IMG/VR virus record: IMGVR_UViG_3300020042_001345
Location: 1 to 52,880 of that record
Source: a virus
Taxonomy: Duplodnaviria > Caudoviricetes
Direction: 5' to 3' (one strand)
Length of the DNA stretch: 52,880 bases
Shown: positions 51,867 through 52,880 of the stretch, piece after piece
Layout of the letters: each line of letters begins with the position of its first letter
Numbering within the stretch: the first letter of the stretch is position 1
Notes under the pieces: generated by a model
The model's database searches: none
Seen by the model: the letters and a program-made list of their open reading frames with translations, nothing else
What the model was told of the DNA's origin: nothing
Made by a program: the position numbers and the translations under genes

Positions 51867-52636
51867 CTTTAACCACCCCAACAATTCGCGCAAGCGAAAG
51901 CAACCACTGGTACACCCGCGACGGCGTACCGCAATACACTGTGCCATCTAAGAAGGACGGGTCACCACGCAATACTACCCTTAGAGACGCACGCACAATG
52001 AACCTAATACCCTCCGTGACCACGGTGCTAGGTGTTTGTGCTAAACCAGCGCTTCTGGCGTGGTTGCAACAGCAGGTATTGCTTGCCGCGTTAACCCTTC
52101 CCCGCCGCCCCGACGAGCCTGAAAAGGAATATATCGACCGAATCATCAATGATTCCAAGGAGCAGGGTCGCTCGGCGGCGGATGCGGGAACTGACATCCA
52201 TGCATCTATCCAAGGCTACTATGAAGGCAAATCCACAGGAAAACATCAAGAGTCCGTTACAGCTTGTTCTAAAGCAGTCTATGACCACTTTGCCGAGCAA
52301 GATTGGATTTCCGAGCGTTCGTTTGCACATGACCTTGGTTTTGGAGGGAAATGCGATTTGTTTTCTGGAGACGGAGAAGGCGTCGTCATTGACATCAAAA
52401 CCAAAGAGTTCTCAGACCCCACTAAGGTCGATGGATACGACGAACACCTTATGCAACTCTCCGCCTACCGAGTCGGTCTAGGCATACCCAAGGCACGCTG
52501 TGCCAACGTCTTTGTATCTCGTAGCGTTCCAAACCTTGCAGTAGTAAAAGAGTGGAGCGCAGAAGACCTTGACCGCGGCTGGGAAATGTTTACCCACCTT
52601 CTATACTTTTGGCAACTTAAAAACTCTCACAAATAA
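51863..52636 (+). CDS. PD-(D/E)xK exonuclease
   Basis: PSVTTVL, GTDIH, SE, GGKCDL, IDIKT and QLSAY motifs. Confidence 0.85.
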   Translation: MTLTTPTIRASESNHWYTRDGVPQYTVPSKKDGSPRNTTLRDARTMNLIPSVTTVLGVCAKPALLAWLQQQVLLAALTLPRRPDEPEKEYIDRIINDSKEQGRSAADAGTDIHASIQGYYEGKSTGKHQESVTACSKAVYDHFAEQDWISERSFAHDLGFGGKCDLFSGDGEGVVIDIKTKEFSDPTKVDGYDEHLMQLSAYRVGLGIPKARCANVFVSRSVPNLAVVKEWSAEDLDRGWEMFTHLLYFWQLKNSHK

Positions 52637-52645
52637 GGATTGAAA

Positions 52646-52867
52646 ATGTTAAGTGAAGACATCGTCAAGCAAATCTTTTTTCAAAGCGACCGCCCTCGTA
52701 AAGACCCGCTTATGGCAGACGAGGTAGACATCTTGCAATTTGCTCACAACATTGAGTTGTATGTAGCTGTTGAGTATGCCCGTAAGGAACACGCCCGCTG
52801 CGTGGAAATTGTCAAAGATATGAACCGCAATGTTGGCGAAGCCTTAGACAACCAACGACCAAAATAA
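52646..52867 (+). CDS. Hypothetical protein
   Basis: AAGGA RBS, FAHNIE and EHARCVEIV. Ends at the junction terminator. Confidence 0.65.
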   Translation: MLSEDIVKQIFFQSDRPRKDPLMADEVDILQFAHNIELYVAVEYARKEHARCVEIVKDMNRNVGEALDNQRPK

Positions 52868-52880
52868 AAAAGCCCCCCGT
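52760..52880. repeat. Terminal direct repeat, right copy
   Basis: Identical to 1-121. Confidence 0.95.

Overview
The window is an apparently complete, circularly permuted tailed-phage genome of about 52.76 kb. Bases 1-121 are repeated at 52760-52880, most likely an assembly overlap. The architecture is podovirus-like (P22-type): no tape measure, sheath or tube gene, but adaptor, nozzle and large ejection proteins ending in a lytic transglycosylase. About 50 kb is transcribed on the minus strand: Cro-like gene, DUF1376 initiator, primase Zn domain, helicase, RusA, small early genes, terminases, portal, GroES, scaffold, capsid, fibres, lysis and ejection proteins. A short plus-strand recombination/SSB block (50.4-52.9 kb) converges with it at a terminator across the junction. 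No integrase, CI repressor, tRNA, CRISPR or reverse transcriptase was seen. The two most striking features: (1) an acyl carrier protein and a FabB/F-type ketosynthase with an intact Cys-His-His triad, translationally coupled inside the virion operon between the nozzle and ejection genes, which suggests phage-encoded lipidation of virion proteins; (2) a short [M/Y/F/L/K]-[A/K]-x-G-G peptide motif that recurs at domain boundaries of at least seven late proteins, including a 1357-aa protein with two ADP-ribosyltransferase-like modules, which suggests a shared processing or packaging signal. GATC also appears to be absent. All family calls come from motif recognition by eye; no searches were run.
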